A stretch of 64,000 bases of DNA from the NCBI GenBank assembly GCA_964474445.1, contig CAYYSJ010000001.1:206530-270529 (forward strand). Reading direction: 5' to 3'. A program made the position numbers and the translations under genes. Origin of the DNA: an uncultured Gammaproteobacteria bacterium. GTDB lineage: Bacteria > Patescibacteriota > Microgenomatia > Levybacterales > UBA12049. The notes under the pieces were generated by a model. It was not told the DNA's origin and made no database searches. It saw nothing but the letters and a program-made list of their open reading frames with translations. This document shows positions 50,709-60,339 of the stretch, one piece after another; within the stretch, counting starts at the first letter, position 1; every line of letters starts with the position of its first letter.

Positions 50709-51539
50709 TTATTCCTCGACTGTGCCTCCGAGTTTGGAGACTAATTCTTTAATTTTCGCTGTTGTCAATTCTGGATTTCCTTTGACTTCAATAACCATTC
50801 GAGCCAATTTTTGCGACTGAACAAAGTTAACTCTATCAATCTCGAGAAGTTTCTTCAAATCTTCAGCTGCTCTTTCAAGTGCAGGCACATACATTTTACT
50901 CTTTGCTGTTCGAGGCTCTTTTTTCTCAACTTCTGATTTAATCTTACGAGCCATTTCCTCTGTCTCTCTTACAGTACTGTTTTCTCGAAGGATTTTCTTA
51001 AACAAATCAAGCATCAAGCCTGGGTCTCCAAGGGAAATAAGGGGTCTCACATGTCCTTCAGTAATAACACCTGCAACAAGTGCATCTTTAATAGCATCAG
51101 GAAGAGATAATAATCTGATGGTATTTGAAACAGCTGGTGCACTTTTTCCAACTCTTCGTGCAACTTCGTTGGTCCCAAGACCAAATTCATCAATCAGTCT
51201 TTTATATGCAAGTGCTCGCTCAATTGGATTAAGATCTTCTCTCTGGACGTTCTCAACAATAGACATTTCCAAAATACCTTGTGGTGTTGTTATTTTCACG
51301 ACAACAGGTACTTTCTCAAACCCTAAAATTTTGGCTGCTCTGAGTCTTCTTTCACCTGCAATAAGCTGATATCCTGCTGGAGTGTTTGCAACAACCAGTG
51401 GTTCAAGAATTCCTTGCTCTCGAATGGAATCAACAAGCTCAGTAAGTGATTCGGGGGCAATAACACCTCTTGGTTGGAGTGGATTGAGCTGGATAACGTT
51501 TGTCTCTAGCTCGTATATTCTTTCGTTATTTTCGTCCAT
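50709..51539 (-). CDS. parB: ParB/Spo0J-family partition protein
   Basis: ParB box (LQPRGV...), an HTH region, and GERRLRAAK-type motifs. No parA adjacent. Lies directly downstream of rpmA. Confidence 0.8.
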   Translation of the reverse strand: MDENNERIYELETNVIQLNPLQPRGVIAPESLTELVDSIREQGILEPLVVANTPAGYQLIAGERRLRAAKILGFEKVPVVVKITTPQGILEMSIVENVQREDLNPIERALAYKRLIDEFGLGTNEVARRVGKSAPAVSNTIRLLSLPDAIKDALVAGVITEGHVRPLISLGDPGLMLDLFKKILRENSTVRETEEMARKIKSEVEKKEPRTAKSKMYVPALERAAEDLKKLLEIDRVNFVQSQKLARMVIEVKGNPELTTAKIKELVSKLGGTVEE

Positions 51540-51545
51540 GGCGGT

Positions 51546-51791
51546 TTAGAGTACTTCAACAACTTTTTTCCCTCGAAGGGTTTTAAATGTAACTGTTCCT
51601 TCTGCAAGTGCAAAAATAGTGTAGTCTTTTCCCATATCAACACCTCGACCTGGGTTGATGCGTGATCCTTTTTGTCTGATAATAATATTTCCTGGAAGTG
51701 CTTTTTGACCACCGTAAATCTTAACGCCCAAGCGCTTTGCTACCGAATCTCTATTTCCTTTTGTTGTTCCTCCTGATTTTGTATGCGCCAT
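51546..51791 (-). CDS. rpmA: 50S ribosomal protein L27
   Basis: MAHTKSGGTTKGNRDS N-terminus is invariant for L27. Confidence 0.95.
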   Translation of the reverse strand: MAHTKSGGTTKGNRDSVAKRLGVKIYGGQKALPGNIIIRQKGSRINPGRGVDMGKDYTIFALAEGTVTFKTLRGKKVVEVL

Positions 51792-51866
51792 ATATTAGTA
51801 AATGAATTACTCGTTTTTGTGAAAAGTAGCTATAGTTTAAAACTAATTTTCACAGAATGCAAGGAC

Positions 51867-52217
51867 TTATTTCTCTTTTGTAACCTTTGATTCCTTTGCA
51901 GCTTTTGCTTCTATTTTGTCAATTTTTACTGATGTAACAACTGATCTATGTCCAATAACTTTTCGGTATCGTGCTTTTGCTTTGAATTTTGCAACTCGTA
52001 CTTTTCTGGTCTTTTTTTCTTCAATGACTGTTCCTGCAACAACAACACCTTCTAGTTTTGGTGTACCAATCTGCTTTGTATCTCCATCGACAAACAGCAA
52101 GACATCAGTGAACTCATAAGCATCATTTGGCTTAAGACCAAGCTTATCGACAGCAACGGTATCGCCTTCTGTTACTTTATATTGTTTGCCACCGGATACA
52201 ACAACTGCGTATTTCAT
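51867..52217 (-). CDS. rplU: 50S ribosomal protein L21
   Basis: MKYAVVVSGGKQYKV N-terminus. 116 aa with a basic C-terminal extension. Confidence 0.9.
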   Translation of the reverse strand: MKYAVVVSGGKQYKVTEGDTVAVDKLGLKPNDAYEFTDVLLFVDGDTKQIGTPKLEGVVVAGTVIEEKKTRKVRVAKFKAKARYRKVIGHRSVVTSVKIDKIEAKAAKESKVTKEK

Positions 52218-52247
52218 ATGTTAATAGCTTTTATTATAGCAGAAACT

Positions 52248-53330
52248 TTACCTGATTTCCAGCACGGATTTTCTGCGGATAGCAGAGCTAATCGAAGAAA
52301 CCAAACCTAAAAAGATGGCATTTGACAGAAGCGAACTTCCACCGTAGGACACAAATGGCAAAGGAACACCAACAATTGGCAAAATACCAATATTCATCCC
52401 TATATTAACAAAACATTGGATAAAAAGAAGCGAAAACGTTGCTGCCACAAACATTTTCTCAAAAAGACTGTCTGTATCTTGAAAAATGATAAACAGCCTA
52501 TACAGTAAAAATCCAAAAGCTATGATAACAAGCATTCCTCCGATAAACCCTAAATCTTCGGAAAGCGTTGCAAACATAAAATCCGTATGACGTTCTGGTA
52601 AAAAACGAAGACTTGATTGTGTTCCTTGCCCAAGCCCTTTTCCAAAAAACATACCAGATCCCACAGCAATCATTGCCTGGATTGCGTTATATGATGTGCC
52701 AAGAGGGTCGTTCGTAAGATGGAGAAACGTGAGGAGACGCTGTTGTTGATACCCATGCAGAAATCGAAAAACAAATGGAATTAGTGCCAAAAGTCCAATA
52801 AGTATTCCTAGAAACCATTTGAGGGGAAAGCCAAAGAAAAGTAATGTAAGCATCGTTGCAAAGATATACATCAATGCACTTCCTAAATCAGGCTGCTTAT
52901 AAATAAGAAAAACAACAGGCATCAGAAATAAGACAACTTGACCAAAAGTCTTGATAGAGGTATTTTGCTTTACAGAAAGAAAGGACGCAAGAGAAATTGC
53001 CAAAAATGGTTTAAAAAGCTCTGAAAATTGAATTCCAAACCCAAAAAACGTAAGCCAGCGAACAGCACCCCTGCTTTCAATTCCTAAAAAAAGCAAAATG
53101 AGAAGACCACTCAAAGACAATATGTAAATAGGCTTGGCTACATCCTCCCACACAGTAAGTTCCATTTGTGTGAAGAAAAGAAAAAGACCGATTGAAATGA
53201 GAGAAAAAAGGAGTTGGTTCCGAAAAAGAACCCCATTTATGGAAAAGAGTGTGGTAAGGCTGATAAAAAGCAATACTAGGACAGGAGCGACAAGCTGCCA
53301 ATCAACTCGTCGTAGTATGTTTAAATTCAT
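52248..53330 (-). CDS. SEDS-family peptidoglycan polymerase (FtsW/RodA)
   Basis: 10-TM protein with SEDS conserved loops (PDLGSALM ... GSSLLSN-like). Confidence 0.8.
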   Translation of the reverse strand: MNLNILRRVDWQLVAPVLVLLFISLTTLFSINGVLFRNQLLFSLISIGLFLFFTQMELTVWEDVAKPIYILSLSGLLILLFLGIESRGAVRWLTFFGFGIQFSELFKPFLAISLASFLSVKQNTSIKTFGQVVLFLMPVVFLIYKQPDLGSALMYIFATMLTLLFFGFPLKWFLGILIGLLALIPFVFRFLHGYQQQRLLTFLHLTNDPLGTSYNAIQAMIAVGSGMFFGKGLGQGTQSSLRFLPERHTDFMFATLSEDLGFIGGMLVIIAFGFLLYRLFIIFQDTDSLFEKMFVAATFSLLFIQCFVNIGMNIGILPIVGVPLPFVSYGGSSLLSNAIFLGLVSSISSAIRRKSVLEIR

Positions 53331-56125
53331 AACCGCTCTACTGTGAATGTTTCCCCTTGAACAAGTTCTGCAACAACCGCTTTCTTTTTAATATATTCTT
53401 CAAAATTCTTTGGCCATGAAGGAAGGGTAACTTTTACCTTCTCCGCAAGAGCTGTTCCAAGTTTCTTTCGTTCTTCTTGAATTTGTCGTGCAATATCCCG
53501 TGCTTCTCCTTCAGCTTTTAATGCTTCTGTTAGTGTTGTATCAAGCTCAATGCGAAATTCTCCAGTTTCCTGGGTAACTTCTTTCACATTTACCTCGTCT
53601 TTCACAAGTTTTAAGAGCTCATCTGGTAAAAATGTTGGAATAGTAACATGCAATTTTCCGAGAGGCTGACGAACTTTGATATTCTGTTCTTTTCTTTGTG
53701 ATAAAGCTTCTTCAACAATTTTCCTAATCTCTTTCATTTGCCCTTCTAACTCGCTATCTATCAAATCTTCATGTAGTAATGGCCATGAAGAAAGGTGCAC
53801 AGACTCTTCCCCGGTTAAATTTCGATATATTTCCTCTGCAATAAATGGCGTAAGCGGTGCCATAAGAGCAGCAAGTGTCGTAAGAATGGTATAGGTTGTT
53901 GCAAAAAAGAGATGTTTGTCTGCTTCATCCTCTGCTCCTGCCTGAACTCTTTCTCGACTTCGTCTGATATACCAGGTAGAAAATTCACTCACAAACTTTT
54001 CTAACGCATTCACTCCACCAACCGTGTCATATCTTTCCAATGCTTCTGTCACCTCTTTATTGAGCGTATTTAAGAGTGACAATATCCATCTATCCAGAAC
54101 ATGCGTACTGGCAGCCGAATTTGTTGGTTCCCATCCGTTTTCATTAGCGTATGTAACAAAAAAGTTATATACGTTCCAGACAATAAGCAAAATGCCTCGT
54201 ACTTGATTGCGGTATTGTTCTTCAGAAATAACGATATCTTCTCCATGCATAATCGGACTACTCATCAGATACAGTCTTAAAGCATCTCCACCATATTTTT
54301 GTAACATGTCTTTTGGATCTGGATAATTTCCAAGATTCTTACTCATTTTCCGACCATCCGTTCCTAAAATAACTCCTTCAACGCCAACATTTTTGAAAGC
54401 AATTGTTTTGTAGAGTGCCCCTCCGATAACATGCAACACATAAAACCACGCACGGATTTGTCCAGTGTATTCAGCAATAAAGTCAGGAGGGAAAAAATCT
54501 TCAAGTTTTTCAGCAGTATTAAAAGGAAAATGCCTTTCCGCAAAAGATGCACTCCCCGCTTCAATCCAGCTATCTAACACTTCAGGAACTCTTTTTACTT
54601 TTTTACCGCATTTTTTACACGTCACAGTGACTTCGTCAATTTCTGGCTTATGCAAATCTGCTATTTTTTGACCACTTGCTTCTTCTAATTCGCTTATTGA
54701 CCCTGGGACAAATCGTTCTCCGCACTCACATTCCCACACAGGTACAGGAGAGCCCCAATAACGGTTACGAGAAATATTCCAATCAGGAGCATGTTCAAGA
54801 CTTTTTAAGAATCTTCCATATTTAAAGTGCTTCGGAAACCAATTCACTTGTTCATTTGTTTCTTTCAGAAGAGGCTTTAGAGTCTGAACATCAACATACC
54901 ACGCATTTAATGGAGCATAGTACAGTCTTGTGTGGCATCTCCAGCAAGTTGGTACAGCATGGACAAACGGTGTATCGTCATACAAAAGCCCTCGTTCTCG
55001 CAAATCATCATTGACGACTGGATTTGCTTTAAGATAATAAAGACCTTTAAACTTCTCAGGAACATTTTTAACAATAATCCCTTCTTCACTCAAATGGGTT
55101 ACAACGGGCACATTGTGCTCTTGCATTGCTTTCAAATCCTCTTCTCCATATGCAGCAATGGTAACAGCACCTGTCCCTTCTTCAGCTGTCACGAAATCTC
55201 CAGGAATGAGAACAAATGCTGTTTTTCCCTCTTCAACTGGATAATCAGCATAATGCGGCTCAAATACTTTCCCAACTAATGTACTTCCTTTTACTTCATC
55301 CACAACTGTATATTCACCCTTGAGCATCTTAAGCGTTGTATTTGCTAAATAGTAGTACTCATTGCCTTGCTTTACTTTAGCATAGGTAAGATTAGGGTTG
55401 ACTGCCAAAACAGGTGTTACTAATTTATTCCATGGAGTTGTTGACCAAGCCAAAATATAGGTATTCTCTTCATCTGTTAATTTATACTTGTATGTTGCAG
55501 CCAAATCTTCCATATCACGATAATTGTCTGCATCCATTGCAACTTCAAAATTTGAAATTGGCGTCGCACAATGTGGACAATAGAGTGAAACTCGAAGCCC
55601 TTTATAAATGTATCCTTTGTCATACATCTGCTTGAAAACCCACATAACAGATTCCATGTATGGAATATCCCAGGTTTTGTATGCATTTTTAAAATCAACC
55701 CAACGAGCAATGTGGTCAACATACCATTCCCATTCACCTGATACTTCACCCACATATAGCTTACATTCATCAATAAATTTCTTGACTCCAACAACTTCTT
55801 CAATATCTTTTTTTCGCTTTATCTGAAGTTTATTCTCAACTTTATTTTCTACAGGAAGACCATGGCCATCCCATCCCCACACTCTTCTTACCTGGTATCC
55901 CTTCATTGTCCAATACCTACCAAAAATATCTTTGTGAATACTTCCCAACAAATGACCATAATGAGGTAATCCTGTAACAAATGGTGGACCATCTAAAAAG
56001 GTCCATTTTTTCTCAGGATTTTTGGAAGTAACTGACTTCTCAAATGTTTTATTATCCTTCCAATACTTGATTGTTTCTTCTTCAAGTTGGGGAAAATTAA
56101 CTTTTGGGTCTACAGGTTTAAACAT
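53327..56125 (-). CDS. ileS: isoleucyl-tRNA synthetase, type 2 (archaeal/eukaryotic-like)
   Basis: Class I HIGH region (PPFVTGLPHYGHLL). KMSKNLGN motif. WNISRNRYWGSPVPVW and GQIRAWFY editing/catalytic blocks are typical of IleRS. Start placed at MFKPVDPKVNF. The ORF track extends to 56209, overlapping the HNH gene. Confidence 0.8.
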   Translation of the reverse strand: MFKPVDPKVNFPQLEEETIKYWKDNKTFEKSVTSKNPEKKWTFLDGPPFVTGLPHYGHLLGSIHKDIFGRYWTMKGYQVRRVWGWDGHGLPVENKVENKLQIKRKKDIEEVVGVKKFIDECKLYVGEVSGEWEWYVDHIARWVDFKNAYKTWDIPYMESVMWVFKQMYDKGYIYKGLRVSLYCPHCATPISNFEVAMDADNYRDMEDLAATYKYKLTDEENTYILAWSTTPWNKLVTPVLAVNPNLTYAKVKQGNEYYYLANTTLKMLKGEYTVVDEVKGSTLVGKVFEPHYADYPVEEGKTAFVLIPGDFVTAEEGTGAVTIAAYGEEDLKAMQEHNVPVVTHLSEEGIIVKNVPEKFKGLYYLKANPVVNDDLRERGLLYDDTPFVHAVPTCWRCHTRLYYAPLNAWYVDVQTLKPLLKETNEQVNWFPKHFKYGRFLKSLEHAPDWNISRNRYWGSPVPVWECECGERFVPGSISELEEASGQKIADLHKPEIDEVTVTCKKCGKKVKRVPEVLDSWIEAGSASFAERHFPFNTAEKLEDFFPPDFIAEYTGQIRAWFYVLHVIGGALYKTIAFKNVGVEGVILGTDGRKMSKNLGNYPDPKDMLQKYGGDALRLYLMSSPIMHGEDIVISEEQYRNQVRGILLIVWNVYNFFVTYANENGWEPTNSAASTHVLDRWILSLLNTLNKEVTEALERYDTVGGVNALEKFVSEFSTWYIRRSRERVQAGAEDEADKHLFFATTYTILTTLAALMAPLTPFIAEEIYRNLTGEESVHLSSWPLLHEDLIDSELEGQMKEIRKIVEEALSQRKEQNIKVRQPLGKLHVTIPTFLPDELLKLVKDEVNVKEVTQETGEFRIELDTTLTEALKAEGEARDIARQIQEERKKLGTALAEKVKVTLPSWPKNFEEYIKKKAVVAELVQGETFTVERL

Positions 56126-56165
56126 ACGGCTATTGTAGCCCAAATGGGAATATTGATCAAGAAGA

Positions 56166-56453
56166 TTATCTTGACCGTCTTTTATTTCTTGGACCTTTTG
56201 GTCTTCCATCTAAAGTAATTTCTCCTCTATTTCTCCTACGATGACATTTTGCACAAAGACCTCGTCCATTTTCCTTATTTCCTTGACCTCCTAAGCGTTT
56301 CGGAACGATATGGTCTACAGTAAAAGCATCATCTGCTTTATTCCCAGCATGTCTTCGACATTTCCTACCACAAAGTGTACACAAACCACCTTGTTCTTCC
56401 CAAATTTGCACTTTTACACCTTTTCTAAATGGAGTACCTAATTCTTTTGCCAT
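56166..56453 (-). CDS. small HNH endonuclease (95 aa) with Arg/Lys-rich C-terminal tail
   Basis: C-x2-C ... DHIVPKRLGG ... N ... C-x2-CH HNH/zinc-finger signature. GC-rich relative to its surroundings. Confidence 0.75.
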   Translation of the reverse strand: MAKELGTPFRKGVKVQIWEEQGGLCTLCGRKCRRHAGNKADDAFTVDHIVPKRLGGQGNKENGRGLCAKCHRRRNRGEITLDGRPKGPRNKRRSR

Positions 56454-56574
56454 ACGGACAGTGATTATCCCCTATAGTCATATAGAAAGCAATAAAACAA
56501 CTAACGTTAAAAAAGTAGCCAAAGGAGAGACAATTGAGATGCAATCACCCAATAGACCAACAAACACTTACTGT

Positions 56575-56994
56575 CTAACCTGCTCTTCGTAGTCTTGGTT
56601 CTCCTGCTCTTGGTTGTGCTGCAGCACGTCTCATTTCATTCTTTAATCGATCTCTAACACTTCTGTCTGTTCGCTGAGATGCTGCAATTTGCTCAAGAAC
56701 TTGATCATGTTCACCAAAACCAACCCATGCTTGACCTGATAACTGCAAATGGAGCAGTTCTTTTCGTGCTGAAGTATCACTATCTTTTTCTGAATGGTGT
56801 TCTTGACAGAGGTATTGAAGGTTGTCAGATGCGTTAACTTGCTCTGCTGTCCAACCCAAAATATCTCGGGCAATACATTGTGGTGTAAAGTGATCAACGC
56901 TTGTTGCCCTTCTTTGACAACGTTCCCCTGAGTCATCTTCATACTCACATCTGATATCTCGACCTCTGATTCGTGCCTTATCAGGTAATGACAT
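56575..56994 (-). CDS. HNH endonuclease (139 aa) with Arg-rich C-terminal tail
   Basis: C-x7-C ... VDHFTPQ ... N ... CQEHH signature. GC-rich. In tandem with the first HNH gene. Confidence 0.7.
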   Translation of the reverse strand: MSLPDKARIRGRDIRCEYEDDSGERCQRRATSVDHFTPQCIARDILGWTAEQVNASDNLQYLCQEHHSEKDSDTSARKELLHLQLSGQAWVGFGEHDQVLEQIAASQRTDRSVRDRLKNEMRRAAAQPRAGEPRLRRAG

Positions 56995-57270
56995 AAGAAA
57001 AATAGCTTGATGCTTTTTGTGAGGTCAAAAAAAATCGGGCAAAAACCCTGAAGTAAGAAGATACGATTAGTTGGTAATTCGTATGCATCCGCTAAGAATA
57101 ATTGGAGAGCCAGTATCAAAAGAAAGAAGTAGAGAAGTTATATGACTATTTGTAAATATCATCCATTACCATTATTAGGTACTTATTACTGATTTTGCAA
57201 GGAGGAAAATTATTTTTAAAATAATGGTTATAGTCATTTTATTAGACTTATAATATAATCACCAATAACC

Positions 57271-57594
57271 ATGGCTGTTTCTAAAGATATAGAACAAGTT
57301 GTTGAGTTCCCTAATGGAGTTATTGTAGAACTTGACCCAATAAGAAAACAAGATTGGCGGCGAGGTGTTATTCAGACAGTGGATGGGACACCTGTGCAAG
57401 TTATTCGTCATATAGATCAACAAACAAAAAGGCAAAGACGAAAAGATGGTAAATATGGATGGGAAATAAGAGGATCTAATATTAACCTATACTATAACGG
57501 ATATCAGGGAACATACCGACCTGGTACTCGTATCCTTACTGATGGAGATCCAACAAAAAATCCAAACTTTCGCAGTAGAACTAGAAGGGCATGA
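57271..57594 (+). CDS. hypothetical protein (107 aa), basic, atypical composition
   Basis: ORF divergent from the HNH genes across a 276-bp AT-rich spacer. No motif. Confidence 0.4.
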   Translation: MAVSKDIEQVVEFPNGVIVELDPIRKQDWRRGVIQTVDGTPVQVIRHIDQQTKRQRRKDGKYGWEIRGSNINLYYNGYQGTYRPGTRILTDGDPTKNPNFRSRTRRA

Positions 57595-58459
57595 GGTCTT
57601 CCTGGACAGTTTCAGGTGAGTCAACTTTTGGCAAGATATAGACATCCTGATACTCTGTTGTTCCAACAAATTTTGCTTTTCCATTTAAAATATTTTCTAA
57701 AGGCTTACAGGCAAAGCATCCACCTTTTGGACACTTGAATTCTTTTTTTGCACGTGCTTCTTTCATTTCTAAAGCAATGGTTAATAGCATGTCATGTGCT
57801 TTTTCCAAATCAGGCAGTGGCATTTCAATTGGTTCATTATCACGTTCTAAATACCAATAACTAATTTTGCTAACAGACCTATTTTGGCAATTTTTAACAA
57901 GCAGCGCATAAATTGGAAGCTGTAATGAGTCTTCTCGTTCTTCTCCAACACCTGTTTTGAAATCAATAATATGAACACTATCAGTTGCAGGGAGATACTC
58001 AAGCCAATCAATTTTCCCACAGAGTAATATATCCTCCTCTTTAGAAAGGTAAAATCTTGGAGGTAAAGAATCTGGCGACACAAGCTTGATTGCCTTATTC
58101 ACAAGTGGGCCCGGATGAAACATAACCCGATTTATCATAATTGCTCCTCTATTTTTATATTCCAGTTCTTGCTCAGTGCTTGTAAATCCACCTAATTCTC
58201 CAGTTACTGAAAGCCATGCTTTATTGTATTGATCAATAAGAGGTTCCTTCAGCCTATCCTCTGCTTTCACAATAGACAAAGCTTCCAAGACCTGATGCAC
58301 CATTTGTCCAAGTGCTAATGGTGGATTGATCAATGTTACTTTGTTATTTGTCTTTGGATCTCTATAAACATGTTTTAAATAGTAAGATCTTGGACAGGCA
58401 AGAAAATCGCTAACTGATGAGTGAGAAATCCAAAGGGGATGAGTTTTTTGCTGCCTCAT
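57581..58459 (-). CDS. PD-(D/E)xK nuclease, Cas4/RecB-like, with a 4-Cys Fe-S-type cluster
   Basis: N-terminal Cys (ACPRSYYLK). IIDFKTG (D-x-K) and LQLPIYALL (QxxxY) motifs. C-terminal CPKGGCFAC cysteine triad. 292 aa. No CRISPR array or other cas genes nearby. Confidence 0.7.
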   Translation of the reverse strand: MRQQKTHPLWISHSSVSDFLACPRSYYLKHVYRDPKTNNKVTLINPPLALGQMVHQVLEALSIVKAEDRLKEPLIDQYNKAWLSVTGELGGFTSTEQELEYKNRGAIMINRVMFHPGPLVNKAIKLVSPDSLPPRFYLSKEEDILLCGKIDWLEYLPATDSVHIIDFKTGVGEEREDSLQLPIYALLVKNCQNRSVSKISYWYLERDNEPIEMPLPDLEKAHDMLLTIALEMKEARAKKEFKCPKGGCFACKPLENILNGKAKFVGTTEYQDVYILPKVDSPETVQEDLMPF

Positions 58460-58580
58460 ATACTTGAGTATACCAGAAATGAGAATATGGTTCGAGTATT
58501 TTTTTAATTAGTCCTTCGATGATACTGATAGCTATCATAAAAAAAGCTTTAAATAAACCTGACAAAATAGTAAAGACATT

Positions 58581-60266
58581 TCAAGAAGCTGATTTCTGCT
58601 TTGGGACAAAGATGATTATTTCCTTTTCTTCTGGCTTTTCTTCTTCTTTTTTTTCTGATTCCTGTACTTCTTCTTTTTGTTGCGGAATATTTGGAATGAG
58701 AAGTGAGACAAGTGTTCCTCCACTCGTAAAGATACATGCATACAATAGTGCATCTTTAGATGCTGTAACAAGAGCATTATTAATATCATTTTTCACTGCC
58801 TGGATAATGGGAGGAGGACCGGACAGTGTGTCTTGTCCTTTGCCAGGAGTAATATTTTTTGTTTTTTCAATAAGAGTATTTTTCATACCACTAGGTATAT
58901 GAGTATCTGCCTGAATATTTTCAGGAATATGTGTTGTAATAGCACGGGCAAAGATAACTCCGATAATTGCAATACCGATACTTGTTCCTACTTGTCGTAT
59001 CGTTGCATTGACACCAGATGCTTCACCTGAAAATGAGACTGGGACTCCAGATAAAATAATATTTGTCAGTTGTGCTGAACTCATGCCAATTCCCAAGCCA
59101 AAAACAATAAGTGGAGGTGTAAGAGACCAGGGAGAAATGGCAACGGCAATGGATTGTACTAACCAATATGTTCCGAAGGCAAGAAAAAACATACCCAGTG
59201 AAATAATCCACTTAGGACCAATTCTGGACGCAAGAAATCCTGAGATAGGACCAATAAAGAGAATGACAATTGATGAAGAAATAAAGACAAGTCCTGTTTG
59301 AAAAGCGGTAAGTCCTAATACATTTTGTAAATAAAGAGGAAAGATAAAAAAAGCTCCAAATTGTCCTAGTGCAAGAATAAAGAGTGTTATGAGTCCGATA
59401 TTAAACGTTCTGTTGGTAAATAAAGACATACGAAGAAGAGGCATACGACCCATATCTTCCAAATAGAATTCCCATCCAATAAATGCAAGTAAAAAAATAA
59501 TGGCAATATTAAAAACAAATGGAATAATGGATATACTCAATGGCCAATGCCAGCCTAGTAAAGTAAAATCACTTATTGGGGTAATCCATCCAAATCGTTG
59601 CCCTTCTATGAATCCAAAGATGAGACAAAAAAGTCCTATTCCAGAGAATAACACGCCTAAGAAATCAAATTCCTCCCCTTTTTCTCCAAAACTCTCCTTA
59701 ATAAAAATGGATCCAATAATTGCAATGAGTGCAATAACAACATTAATCCGTAAAGACCAACGCCATGAATAATAGGTTGTTAAAAACCCGCCAAAGAGCG
59801 GTCCAATGGTTGCAGAAGCTCCTGCAACAGACCCCCAAACACCAAATGCAACTGCCCGTTCTCGTCCTTGAAATTCACTTACTAATAAAACAAGAGATGA
59901 TGTCAACATCATGGATGCACCAATTGCTTCAATAAGCGCTTCACCGAAAAAAAGCACAAGTATATTTTGTGAAATAGATGCAACAAAAGATCCAACGGCA
60001 AAAAGAATCGTTCCAAGAAGAAATACTTTTTTACGTCCCCATACATCACCTAATTTGCCAACTGTTATCAGGAGTGTTGCGATAATTAATGCATATCCAG
60101 AAATAACCCATTGAATACCGTCAAAACTTGCATTAAGATCCCTGAGAATATACGGGATAGCAACATTCAGAACGGTGTTATCAATAATAACAATGGCAAG
60201 TCCTAATGCTATAAAAACGAGAGCAATCCATCGATATCGTTCTGTTGCAAGATAAGAAAAATCCAT
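58581..60266 (-). CDS. MFS transporter, 14-TM DHA2/EmrB-like, with Lys/Glu-rich C-terminal tail
   Basis: Characteristic MFS motif A region (GKLGDVWGRKKV) and 14 hydrophobic segments. Confidence 0.85.
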   Translation of the reverse strand: MDFSYLATERYRWIALVFIALGLAIVIIDNTVLNVAIPYILRDLNASFDGIQWVISGYALIIATLLITVGKLGDVWGRKKVFLLGTILFAVGSFVASISQNILVLFFGEALIEAIGASMMLTSSLVLLVSEFQGRERAVAFGVWGSVAGASATIGPLFGGFLTTYYSWRWSLRINVVIALIAIIGSIFIKESFGEKGEEFDFLGVLFSGIGLFCLIFGFIEGQRFGWITPISDFTLLGWHWPLSISIIPFVFNIAIIFLLAFIGWEFYLEDMGRMPLLRMSLFTNRTFNIGLITLFILALGQFGAFFIFPLYLQNVLGLTAFQTGLVFISSSIVILFIGPISGFLASRIGPKWIISLGMFFLAFGTYWLVQSIAVAISPWSLTPPLIVFGLGIGMSSAQLTNIILSGVPVSFSGEASGVNATIRQVGTSIGIAIIGVIFARAITTHIPENIQADTHIPSGMKNTLIEKTKNITPGKGQDTLSGPPPIIQAVKNDINNALVTASKDALLYACIFTSGGTLVSLLIPNIPQQKEEVQESEKKEEEKPEEKEIIIFVPKQKSAS

Positions 60267-60339
60267 GAAGAGATTACTATAGATGATGTCATTGGTAAAT
60301 CATTGGCAATAATGTATGAAGTCTGTCATGATCCTACAA

